Below, piece by piece: positions 18,412 to 26,804 of a stretch of 64,000 nucleotides of DNA. Origin of the DNA: Patescibacteria group bacterium (GTDB taxonomy: Bacteria > Patescibacteriota > Patescibacteriia > Magasanikbacterales > GWA2-37-8). The stretch lies in assembly GCA_041649475.1 (NCBI GenBank), contig JBAZNA010000001.1:197022-261021 (forward strand). The letters are read 5' to 3'. The translations under genes and the position numbers were made by a program. The notes below the pieces were generated by a model. The model made no database searches. It was given only the letters and a program-made list of their open reading frames with translations, and had not been told where the DNA came from. Position 1 is the first letter of the stretch. The number at the start of each line of letters is the position of its first letter.

Positions 18412-19713
18412 TTAGGTAACTTTACATGTTTTTTCATAAAGATCAAGAAAAATATCCTCCGGGTCAGTTTTCTTTTTAACCGCGTAATAATTATCTTTGT
18501 TCCAGGTTTTCCAAAAGTCATCTTCCGAATAATAGTTGGTGGAAATCAAGGTTTTGATGCCGCCAATAGCCATCAATTCTTCCTCAAACATTTTGTAATA
18601 GTTTTTGTCCGGCCGTTTTGGCAGTCCGTAGATGGCCAGATCTAAAAACAACTCGTCTTTCATTTTTTCAAAAAATTCTCCGGAAATCCATTCATAATGC
18701 CGGGCAATTTTATAAGGCACGCACCATAAAGGGAAAAAATTTATCTCTTTTTCATACCATTTCATAAAATTTTCACCTTCAGAAAACGGGATGAAGGTGT
18801 CAACCGTTACTGGTATCTTATCAGCCGGGATAACTTTGCGAAATTTTTGCACCAGTTTTAATAAGCTTGAAGAATTAATAAATTTACCAAAAAACAAACG
18901 TCCCAGAAATGATTTTGGGGTGACATTGGTCACACCTTTGTCATAGCGGAAAAAATAATCAATGGTTTTAAGATAATCTTCTTTTCGTATTTTTGTGCTT
19001 TTATAATATACCCTCATCCAGTCATAACTGTGGGTGTAGGGCGCCGTGTCAACAAAATTTCCTGTACTTAATACTAACTCGGTGGGGGAATGGATTATAC
19101 CATCCATAAAATCAACATCTTTTTTGGTGTAGTGATCCCAGATGGTAGCTTTATACTCCTTAATATCCACACATTTTTGATAAGTGACTTTAACAAACGG
19201 CTTGGCCGGAACCAATCTGAATTTGAGTTTAGCCAGAAGGCCCAAAGTGCCAAAGGTGCCGTGTATCATTTGAAATAATAAACTGTTGTCATTATCCGGA
19301 GAGCAGGTCAGAACCTCGCCTTGCGCGGTAATAATCTCATATTCCAGACAAGTGTCGTGGAAACCCCCATATTTGTATGACATTGATTCTAATGAACAGC
19401 CGGAAACCGCGCCACCGATGGTAATTGTTTTCAGTTCCGGTACAACAATCGGCACCAGGCCATATTTCAGAGTGGCTGTTGCCAAATCTACAAAAGTTAC
19501 GCCTGATTCGGCAACACAAGTCCGCGCATCAGGGTCAATACTGATAATTTCATTTAAATCACTGATGTCAATTTCTTCATTCCAGTATTTCTGTTCTTCA
19601 GGTTTGGGCACTACATGAGAAACCGCTTTCTTTTTAAATAATACCGGCTTGCCGTTTTTGTGCGCTTTCAGCTGTCCGGCAATTCTTTCAATTTTTTGTG
19701 CATGAGTTATCAT
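18412..19713 (-). CDS. FAD-binding (PCMH-type) oxidoreductase, DHCR24/DWARF1-like
   Basis: 433 aa. ITIGGAVSGCSLESMSYKYGGFHDT and GTFGTLGLLAKLKFRLVP resemble FAD_binding_4 family proteins. Confidence 0.75.
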   Translation of the reverse strand: MITHAQKIERIAGQLKAHKNGKPVLFKKKAVSHVVPKPEEQKYWNEEIDISDLNEIISIDPDARTCVAESGVTFVDLATATLKYGLVPIVVPELKTITIGGAVSGCSLESMSYKYGGFHDTCLEYEIITAQGEVLTCSPDNDNSLLFQMIHGTFGTLGLLAKLKFRLVPAKPFVKVTYQKCVDIKEYKATIWDHYTKKDVDFMDGIIHSPTELVLSTGNFVDTAPYTHSYDWMRVYYKSTKIRKEDYLKTIDYFFRYDKGVTNVTPKSFLGRLFFGKFINSSSLLKLVQKFRKVIPADKIPVTVDTFIPFSEGENFMKWYEKEINFFPLWCVPYKIARHYEWISGEFFEKMKDELFLDLAIYGLPKRPDKNYYKMFEEELMAIGGIKTLISTNYYSEDDFWKTWNKDNYYAVKKKTDPEDIFLDLYEKTCKVT

Positions 19714-19878
19714 ATTTTTGATAACTTATCTTAGCAAAATTTTTCATTCTTAGCAAACTATAGGGAAGTTATCCACATCTCCTCAAAAAAAGTACGAAAT
19801 GTGCTATAATATACATAATTAATTAATTGCCGGGGTACTTGATTTTTTTAAGTATCCGCTGGCTATAGCAAGATACAT

Positions 19879-21693
19879 ATGAAAACATTTAAAATGTTTT
19901 CTGGAGTTGTAGGAATTTTTTTATTTATTCTTCTCGGTCTGGCCGGACCAAACACCGCGTATGCGGCAATAGCAACGTCTCCCAATCTTGGAGATGCAGC
20001 TAGTTTTTCAGTTTTGGCCGGTTTATCAATGAGCGCCGCCGGCGCCGGCACTACAATTTCCGGTGATTTGGGCCTAAGCCCAGGTCTTGAGACCTCAAAA
20101 ACCGGGCCTTGGACAGTGGGGGGATCACAATATTTTGGTACAACTGGTTTGTCCGCGACTGCTCAAGGGGCTGCTTTAATTGCTTATGGTAACCTGGCAG
20201 GTCAAACAACCAGCGGGGTGTGGGGTACAACCCCATGGACTCCGGTGCCGGGTGTGTGGACTTCAGCCAGTGATAAAACGTTTACCGGAACGATCTATCT
20301 TAACGGCACTTACGATGATGTTTGGGTTTTTCAGGTTGGGGGTGACTTTACGTTCAGTGGTTCAATTGTTTTGCAAGGCAATGCCCAGGCCTGTCATGTG
20401 TTTTGGCAGGTTGGCAGCAGTGCGACCATCGGTTCAGACAGTACTTTTGTCGGAACACTCATTGCGCAAACTTCTGTCACGCTGGTCTCTGGTGCAACTG
20501 TTAATGGCAGAATTATAGCTCTCAATGGTTCTTTAACAACAGACGGAAATAATATTTCCGGACCAACATGTGCGACTGCGCCTGTAGTTGCAACACCCGT
20601 ATCCGGTGGCCAGCGTTATGGAACGATTAGTGTTGTTAAAACAGTCATCAACGACAATGGCGGAACCAAGACCGTTGCTGATTTTCCACTGTTCGTTAAT
20701 GGCACAGCCGTTGTTTCTGGTCAGACCAACGTTTTCCCCGCGCCTGCCGGTGTGTATTCTATTACCGAAACCTCTGATCCTAATTACACCCAGACATTTT
20801 CCGGTGATTGCAACTCCACCGGGCATCTGGATCTTAATGTTGGCAATACCGCGGTCTGTATAATTACAAATGATGACATTGGCGCGCCGGTAGTTGTTCC
20901 GCCCGTACCACCACTCATTGATGTGATAAAAGTACCGGATCCTTTGGCTTTGCCGGCTGGTCCAGGTCCGGTGGCATACACCTACACGCTCCGTAATATT
21001 GGAACGGTTCCAGTAACCGACCTAACGATGGTTGGCGATACTTGTAGTCCAATAAATCTTATTTCCGGCGACACAAATGGCGATTCAAAGCTTGATATGG
21101 ATGAAACTTGGGTATACCGCTGTTCAACAACGCTTTCAGAAACTCACACCAACACCGTTGTCGCGACCGGATGGGCCAATGGCATCAGTGCGGTTGATAT
21201 CGCGCATGCTACGGTCGTTGTCGGCGCACCAATAATTCCACCTTTGATTCACATTACAAAAATTCCTAATCCGTTAACACTCTTGGCCGGAGGGGGAATG
21301 GTTACCTATACTAAACAAGTAACCAACCCGGGAACGGTTGCGTTAAGCAACGTCCGTGTTACTGATGATAAATGCAGTTCGGTGGTATATATTTCCGGCG
21401 ACACAAATAGCGATTCAAAGCTTGATCCAACCGAGACATGGACATATACCTGTCGGACCAGAATAACCAAAACTACGACTAACACCGCCGTGGTAACCGG
21501 TGAAGCCAATGGTCTGACTGTGAGAGATTTTGCAGTCGCCACTGTCGTTGTGACCGCGGTTGCTCCGAAATTACCAAATACCGGGGTTGCTTCCAGTGAA
21601 AATCATATTCCCTGGAATAGTATCATACTGGTTGGTGTCCTTATATTAATTTCAACTTCAACAATTGTCGTTCTAAAGAAACGCAGAATTTAA
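19879..21693 (+). CDS. LPXTG-anchored surface protein with an N-terminal ice-binding-like (DUF3494) domain
   Basis: It has a signal peptide and then LGDAASFSVLAGLSMSAAGAGTTISGDLGLSPG, which is the DUF3494 signature. A prealbumin-like middle domain and two roughly 110-aa repeats follow. The C-terminus has LPNTG, a TM helix and KKRRI. Confidence 0.8.
   Translation: MKTFKMFSGVVGIFLFILLGLAGPNTAYAAIATSPNLGDAASFSVLAGLSMSAAGAGTTISGDLGLSPGLETSKTGPWTVGGSQYFGTTGLSATAQGAALIAYGNLAGQTTSGVWGTTPWTPVPGVWTSASDKTFTGTIYLNGTYDDVWVFQVGGDFTFSGSIVLQGNAQACHVFWQVGSSATIGSDSTFVGTLIAQTSVTLVSGATVNGRIIALNGSLTTDGNNISGPTCATAPVVATPVSGGQRYGTISVVKTVINDNGGTKTVADFPLFVNGTAVVSGQTNVFPAPAGVYSITETSDPNYTQTFSGDCNSTGHLDLNVGNTAVCIITNDDIGAPVVVPPVPPLIDVIKVPDPLALPAGPGPVAYTYTLRNIGTVPVTDLTMVGDTCSPINLISGDTNGDSKLDMDETWVYRCSTTLSETHTNTVVATGWANGISAVDIAHATVVVGAPIIPPLIHITKIPNPLTLLAGGGMVTYTKQVTNPGTVALSNVRVTDDKCSSVVYISGDTNSDSKLDPTETWTYTCRTRITKTTTNTAVVTGEANGLTVRDFAVATVVVTAVAPKLPNTGVASSENHIPWNSIILVGVLILISTSTIVVLKKRRI
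20908..21557 (+). repeat. intragenic tandem duplication (2 x about 330 nt domain repeat)
   Basis: PPLIDVIKVPDPL...GDTNGDSKLDMDETWVYRC... matches PPLIHITKIPNPL...GDTNSDSKLDPTETWTYTC.... The 36-nt core at 21061..21096 and 21391..21426 differs at a single base. Confidence 0.8.
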
Positions 21694-21696
21694 GTT

Positions 21697-22359
21697 ATGC
21701 GTTCCGTAAGAAAATCTAGGCGATCCAAAAGTAAAAGTCCGTCAAAACGGTCCTTGTTTATCGTCAGTATTGTGGGGGTTGCATTTTTTCCGGCAACCAT
21801 TCTTTTTCCGACCCTACTTCCCGTTAGTCAAATTTCACAAATTAATCAAATCCCGCTAGGTGTAGTTGGAAATAAGTTAGCCGACGCCATCGTTTTACCG
21901 GAACAAATAAGTCCGGGAATTCCGATTCATCTCAAAATTCCGAAAATCCAGGTTGATACTGTTCTTGAACAAGTGGGCCTCCTGCCCAACGGAACAGTGG
22001 GTGTGCCGAAAGGCCCTGCTGCCGCCGGGTGGTTCAATCTTGGACCGCATCCCGGAGATATTGGCAGCGCAGTTATTGCCGGCCATTATGGTCGCTGGCA
22101 AAATGGTGCAAATTCAGTATTTAATAATTTAAATAAGTTGAGGAAAGGTGATAATTTATTCGTTGTTGATGAAAATGGAGCGACCACTACTTTTGTGGTA
22201 CGTGAAAGCCGAAAGTATGACCCGAACGCTGATGCTTCAGCTGTGTTTAGCTCCAATGACGACAAGTCACATCTTAACCTCATTACTTGTGAAGGAAGTT
22301 GGAATAAAGCTGCCAAAAGTTATTCCGGCCGGTTAGTAGTATTTGCAGATAGGCAGTAG
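21697..22359 (+). CDS. sortase family transpeptidase
   Basis: N-terminal TM helix, VIAGHYG (catalytic His), LNLITCEG (TLxTC-type Cys) and a C-terminal Arg. It lies directly after its likely LPNTG substrate. Confidence 0.85.
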   Translation: MRSVRKSRRSKSKSPSKRSLFIVSIVGVAFFPATILFPTLLPVSQISQINQIPLGVVGNKLADAIVLPEQISPGIPIHLKIPKIQVDTVLEQVGLLPNGTVGVPKGPAAAGWFNLGPHPGDIGSAVIAGHYGRWQNGANSVFNNLNKLRKGDNLFVVDENGATTTFVVRESRKYDPNADASAVFSSNDDKSHLNLITCEGSWNKAAKSYSGRLVVFADRQ

Positions 22360-22368
22360 AGCTAAAGT

Positions 22369-23586
22369 ATGATTAAAAAAATTATCATTGGTTTGCTATC
22401 ATTAGCTGCGATTGGGGTTTTTGTATTCGCCGCGGTTTTTTATTATCAAAATCTGCAGGGAAACAGCGCCCCGGAGAGCAATACTATCAGTAGTGCAGCC
22501 GCAGTCGCTACCATTACCACATCGGATCCACCAAACAATCTGGGTCTTTCCCTGCCTGCCGGCATGTCGGTTAAAGTATTCGCGGAAAAGTTAAATAATC
22601 CCCGCGTCTTAAAATTAGACCCCAAAGGCAATTTAGTAGTCAGCGAATTTGCCGGCGGCCGCATAACCGTTTTAATTGATAAAAATGGTGATGGCAAAGT
22701 TGATAGCCAAAAAGTAATTTTGAAAAATTTGAACCAGCCGCATGGTTTTGAATTTTATTGTCTTAAGGGAAAATGTAAATTATACGTAGCCGAAAATGAC
22801 GCGGTTTCTGTGTATGATTACAATTCCAGCACCTTAACCGCCTCCAACCGCAAAAAAATCATTGATTTGCCTGCCGGCGGCGTACATGTGACGCGGACAT
22901 TATTAATTAAAGACAATAAATTATATATAGCCATTGGTTCCAGCTGTAATGTTTGTCATGAAAGCGATAACCACCGTGCCAAGGTTTTGGTCTCTAATTT
23001 GGATGGTTCGGGTTTAAAGGATTTCGCAACCGGCCTGCGCAATTCGGTGTTTATGGTCACCAATCCTCAAACCGGAGAAATCTGGGCCACGGAAAATGGA
23101 CGCGATTTGTTGGGTGATAATATTCCGCCTGATGAAATTAATATCTTGAAGCAAGGAAAAAATTACGGCTGGCCGATTTGTTATGGAAAAAATATTCATG
23201 ATACCGAGTTTGATAAAAATACTTATATCCGTAATCCCTGCATGGAGCCGTTTGAAACCCCAAGTTATATAAACATCCAGGCCCACAGCGCGCCTTTGGG
23301 GTTGGCTTTTGTGCCTAAAGACGGCTGGCCGCAAGCGTGGCAGGGGAGTTTGTTTGTGGCTTTTCACGGTTCCTGGAACCGTACTGTGCCCACGGGTTAT
23401 AAAATTGTCCGGTTTGATTTTAAAAGTAATGGCACGGCCGTGCAGACCGATTTTATTACTGGTTGGCTGAAGGGGGGCACTGCCTGGGGCCGGCCAGTTG
23501 ATATTTTGACCTTACCCGGTGGCATCATGTATGTGTCCGATGATACATCCAATGTGGTTTACCGGTTTACATATAAAATGTTATAA
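22369..23586 (+). CDS. glucose/sorbosone dehydrogenase-like beta-propeller protein
   Basis: N-terminal TM helix or signal. GRDLLGDNIPPDEINILKQGKNYGWP is typical of the GSDH family. Confidence 0.6.
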   Translation: MIKKIIIGLLSLAAIGVFVFAAVFYYQNLQGNSAPESNTISSAAAVATITTSDPPNNLGLSLPAGMSVKVFAEKLNNPRVLKLDPKGNLVVSEFAGGRITVLIDKNGDGKVDSQKVILKNLNQPHGFEFYCLKGKCKLYVAENDAVSVYDYNSSTLTASNRKKIIDLPAGGVHVTRTLLIKDNKLYIAIGSSCNVCHESDNHRAKVLVSNLDGSGLKDFATGLRNSVFMVTNPQTGEIWATENGRDLLGDNIPPDEINILKQGKNYGWPICYGKNIHDTEFDKNTYIRNPCMEPFETPSYINIQAHSAPLGLAFVPKDGWPQAWQGSLFVAFHGSWNRTVPTGYKIVRFDFKSNGTAVQTDFITGWLKGGTAWGRPVDILTLPGGIMYVSDDTSNVVYRFTYKML

Positions 23587-23613
23587 TCTAACTAATAAAC
23601 GCCTGCAGAAGTT

Positions 23614-24366
23614 ATGAAGAAATACATAGCAATCGTATCGGTTTTGGTAGTAGCCTGTTTGGGCCTGTATCTTAATCGGGCCTATCGTCATATTTCTGTG
23701 TCTATTGGTGAAAAAAATTTAGCGAATCCGACTGTTCATCAAACCATCGTTTTACCGCCGGCCACAACCACATCAACCGCCAAAATAGTTTATGCGGCGC
23801 TGGGAGACAGCTTAACCGTCGGCGTTGGCGCGACTGCAGAGCAAAAAACATACCCATATCTTGTAGCCAAACTTTTGGCACAGGAAAAAAATATTCAAGT
23901 GACAGTTGCCAATTTAGGCATACCCGGAGCCACCAGCGCCGATGTTTTAAATCAGCAGGTGCCGCAAGCAGCAAAGCTTCACCCGGATATGGTTATATTG
24001 GCCGTTGGTATTAATGATATGTTAAACAGAGTGCCGACAGATGTGTTTGAAAAAAATATGGTTTCCATTGTTAACGGCTTGGCCGGCGCCGCTACACATA
24101 TAACTGTTATCAATATCCCGTATCTCGGGGGTAGCCAGGCATATTGGCCGCCATACAGATGCTATTTTGATTGGCAAACTAGACGTTATAATAATTTTTT
24201 AAACAAGGCGCTCGCCAATAAAAATGTTGCAGTTATTGATTTATATACCCTGACGCACGAGCAAGCGTTTAATGATAAAAATTACTATTCAGTTGACGGT
24301 TTTCATCCGTCAGATGAAGGATATCAATTTTGGAGCAATATAATTTATGGCAATCTTAATTACTGA
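23614..24366 (+). CDS. SGNH/GDSL hydrolase
   Basis: ALGDSLTVG (block I), GINDM (block III) and DGFHPSDEGY (block V DxxH). Confidence 0.8.
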   Translation: MKKYIAIVSVLVVACLGLYLNRAYRHISVSIGEKNLANPTVHQTIVLPPATTTSTAKIVYAALGDSLTVGVGATAEQKTYPYLVAKLLAQEKNIQVTVANLGIPGATSADVLNQQVPQAAKLHPDMVILAVGINDMLNRVPTDVFEKNMVSIVNGLAGAATHITVINIPYLGGSQAYWPPYRCYFDWQTRRYNNFLNKALANKNVAVIDLYTLTHEQAFNDKNYYSVDGFHPSDEGYQFWSNIIYGNLNY

Positions 24367-25447
24367 TGCTTTAAGACAAAATTGGGTGGTGATAACGGGG
24401 CTACTATTGGCGCTAGTGGTATCAATACGCCGCACTAAAGACGACTCTTTTTTTCCACCGCAAACCACCACCGAACTCAAAGGTTTGGCGATTTTAATGG
24501 TGGTTTTTTCTCATATTGGTTATTTTTTAGTCAGCGATCGCCAGTTTTTAGTGCCGCTCTCCAATTATGCCGGCGTGGGGGTGGATTTATTTTTGGTATT
24601 GTCCGGTTATGGTTTGGTGGTTTCGGCCTTGAAAAAACCATTATCAATCGGTCAATTCTACTCTAAACGTTTGCGCCGTATTTATATACCCGTGGCCGTG
24701 ACCGTGGCGCTTTTTGTTCTGCTTGATTTCTTTTTTCTGCACCTAACCTATCCTTTAAAAACCGTTATAGAAAATTTATTGGGATTTTTTCCGCGCGCGG
24801 ATTTATATCAGGATATTAATTCGCCTTTGTGGTATATCACACCGCTTCTGGCGTATTACCTTCTTTTTCCGCTGATTTTTTGGAAGCGCTTTCCGGCGGT
24901 GTCTGCCATTGGTATGGCTTTAGTCGGGTGGCTGTTTATAAAATACTCTCCCCAATTTCATATTGTTTCCGTGGATATGATAAAGCTGTATAAACTTCAC
25001 TTTCTGTCATTTCCACTGGGCGTAGCTTTGGGGGCGTTAAGTCCGATGTTAAGCCGTCTGCGTCTGTCGGCCGTTTGGCGCTGGCTGATAATTATTTTAT
25101 CTTTGGGCGTGTTTGCCTATACCTATTCTCATTCGTTTGTGACTGATAGTGTGTTAAGAGATGCAGTCGCCAGTTTGATGACGGTGATGGCTGTCATAGC
25201 CCTGTTTGTTTATAAAAAGATCAATTTTAAAATCCTCGCCCTGTTAGGCGTGTTTTCTTTTGAAATATATTTATTGCACTGGCCGCTTCTCTATCGCTAT
25301 AATTTTTTATACGGCAAAATTCCGGCCGGCTTGGCCACGCTTATTTATCTCGCCTTGTTTTTGGGACTGGGATTTTTATACCAAAAATTACTCTCCTTGT
25401 TCTATCCCGTTAGGCGTCAGCCGGATGTTTCCGGTAAGTCCGTTTGA
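24347..25447 (+). CDS. acyltransferase family 3 (membrane O-acyltransferase)
   Basis: 366-aa polytopic membrane protein with an N-terminal LKGLAILMVVFSHIGYF motif. It overlaps the SGNH gene by 20 nt. Confidence 0.8.
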   Translation: MAILITDALRQNWVVITGLLLALVVSIRRTKDDSFFPPQTTTELKGLAILMVVFSHIGYFLVSDRQFLVPLSNYAGVGVDLFLVLSGYGLVVSALKKPLSIGQFYSKRLRRIYIPVAVTVALFVLLDFFFLHLTYPLKTVIENLLGFFPRADLYQDINSPLWYITPLLAYYLLFPLIFWKRFPAVSAIGMALVGWLFIKYSPQFHIVSVDMIKLYKLHFLSFPLGVALGALSPMLSRLRLSAVWRWLIIILSLGVFAYTYSHSFVTDSVLRDAVASLMTVMAVIALFVYKKINFKILALLGVFSFEIYLLHWPLLYRYNFLYGKIPAGLATLIYLALFLGLGFLYQKLLSLFYPVRRQPDVSGKSV

Positions 25448-25822
25448 AGTGCCTTCTAAAGTGGCGGTAATGGTGTAATAATTTGTGCCGCTGGTTGAAC
25501 TGTAAATATAATTTCCGGACTGCGGATCTTTCGGAACTTTTCCCATATAAGCGCCGACACAGCCGGTGGCTTGCCAGCCGTCGGAGTTGAGGCAGGCCGT
25601 ATCAGTGTTTCCTAAAGCTACGTCATCGCCAATCGGGTAATGGTTTTCGTCGTTATTATAAAGTTCCAGGGCCGTGCCAATTTGTCTAAGATCGGCCAGC
25701 CGCTTGGTGTCTCGCGACGCGGATTTGGCCGTGCCGTAGACCACAATCACAATTGTTGCCAGTAGTCCGATAATAGCGATCACAATCAGTAATTCTATTA
25801 AAGTGAAACCTTTTTTGGACAT
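25388..25822 (-). CDS. type IV pilin / pseudopilin
   Basis: MSKKGFTLIELLIVIAIIGLLATIV is a prepilin N-methylation motif. I moved the start to 25822 (the alternative ATG is at 25858). The upstream extension in the track ORF is antisense GC-rich sequence. Confidence 0.8.
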   Translation of the reverse strand: MSKKGFTLIELLIVIAIIGLLATIVIVVYGTAKSASRDTKRLADLRQIGTALELYNNDENHYPIGDDVALGNTDTACLNSDGWQATGCVGAYMGKVPKDPQSGNYIYSSTSGTNYYTITATLEGTSNGLTGNIRLTPNGIEQGE

Positions 25823-25865
25823 AAATGATTTTAGTTTTTTAAATTCGGTTGAATACATTATAACA

Positions 25866-25903
25866 TAAAAAAAGAGGCAATTCCACCGGCGGCAGAACTG
25901 CCT
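25866..25903 (-). terminator. intrinsic terminator of GC-rich gene 4
   Basis: On the minus strand: aggcagttc-11 nt loop-gaattgcct followed by cttttttt. Confidence 0.65.
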
Positions 25904-25928
25904 TGAAACCTTCTTCTGGTCTTCCTCC

Positions 25929-26282
25929 TTAGGTGTCAACCGTCTCCACCGGAGGGTTGGGCACTGTTGGCCCCCAGAGAGGGACGAATTCCGTGCTCTG
26001 GAAGTTCTTGCGACACAACTCTTCAAGACCAGGGGTATCGCCATCGTAGATGACCCGGGAGGCCGTAATCACGGCCCGATCCTGCTTGGACCCGAACCCC
26101 ATCTGGGCGGCCAAGTTGTAGGCGTTCCTAGCCGAAGGGGCTTCACCGTTTTTTTGCACTTCCGCGCGAATTGCGTCAGCAAAACGCTTGGTGAGATTGC
26201 CGCCGCGGCCAACCACAACTTTCATCAAAACCACGTCGCCTCGGAAAACGATGACCATTCCCGGAACAGCAGTCGTGGACAT
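25929..26282 (-). CDS. GC-rich orphan protein 4 (117 aa; N-terminal block similar to orphan 3)
   Basis: AAGGAGG lies 7 nt before the ATG. The gene has its own promoter and terminator. It shares 13 of 33 ungapped identities with the 18074..18400 product. Confidence 0.65.
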   Translation of the reverse strand: MSTTAVPGMVIVFRGDVVLMKVVVGRGGNLTKRFADAIRAEVQKNGEAPSARNAYNLAAQMGFGSKQDRAVITASRVIYDGDTPGLEELCRKNFQSTEFVPLWGPTVPNPPVETVDT

Positions 26283-26318
26283 GGAGAATCCTCCTTATCG
26301 CAAACAAAGCGATGTTCA

Positions 26319-26347
26319 ATTTTAACATGGGAATTTGCCAGTGTCAA
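26319..26347 (-). promoter_or_regulatory. promoter of GC-rich gene 4 (TTGACA-N17-TAAAAT)
   Basis: rc reads ttgaca ctggcaaattcccatgt taaaat. Confidence 0.6.
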
Positions 26348-26361
26348 GATTCGTAAATAAC

Positions 26362-26395
26362 AAAAAATCCCCTTCGCAGGGGACTTTTGTTTTTG
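26362..26395. terminator. terminator after HU gene (bidirectional)
   Basis: tcccct-tcgc-agggga flanked by an A6 run on one side and a T-rich run on the other. Confidence 0.75.
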
Positions 26396-26407
26396 AAATG
26401 TTAGCTA

Positions 26408-26683
26408 TTATTTCAAAGCATCCTTTAAGGCCTTACCAGCTTTGAATTTTGGTACGGTCACGGCTGGGATTTGGATCTTTTGAGAAGGATTTTGTGGGTT
26501 CACACCCTGGCGGGCAGCGCGCTTTTTAGCGCTGAAAGCGCCAAAACCTGTCAAAACAACCTCTTCGCCTTTCTTTAACATGTCAGTAATTACCTCTACC
26601 ATTGAGTTTAGAGTATCTTCTGTCTGTCTCTTTGGTAAATTTAATTTTTCGGCTATAGCTTGAGCTAAATCTGCTTTATTCAT
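26408..26683 (-). CDS. hup: HU/IHF-family DNA-binding protein
   Basis: MNKADLAQAIAEKL...GFGAFSAKKRAARQGVNPQNPSQKIQIPAVTVPKFKAGKALKDA. Confidence 0.9.
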   Translation of the reverse strand: MNKADLAQAIAEKLNLPKRQTEDTLNSMVEVITDMLKKGEEVVLTGFGAFSAKKRAARQGVNPQNPSQKIQIPAVTVPKFKAGKALKDALK

Positions 26684-26804
26684 AGTGTCACCCCCTTTCT
26701 TTGGGAGATAAATAACATTAGTTTACGACAAGGTGTATTCTATCACATCTACACTATTTTGCCTATATTAAGCAAAACTAGTTGTCCACAGGTCAAAGAA
26801 CGCC

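Noticed and set aside
25823-26044. 74-codon extension of the pilin ORF (track start 26044)
   Set aside because: Prepilin leaders are short. The extension crosses a terminator and runs antisense into GC-rich cassette 4.
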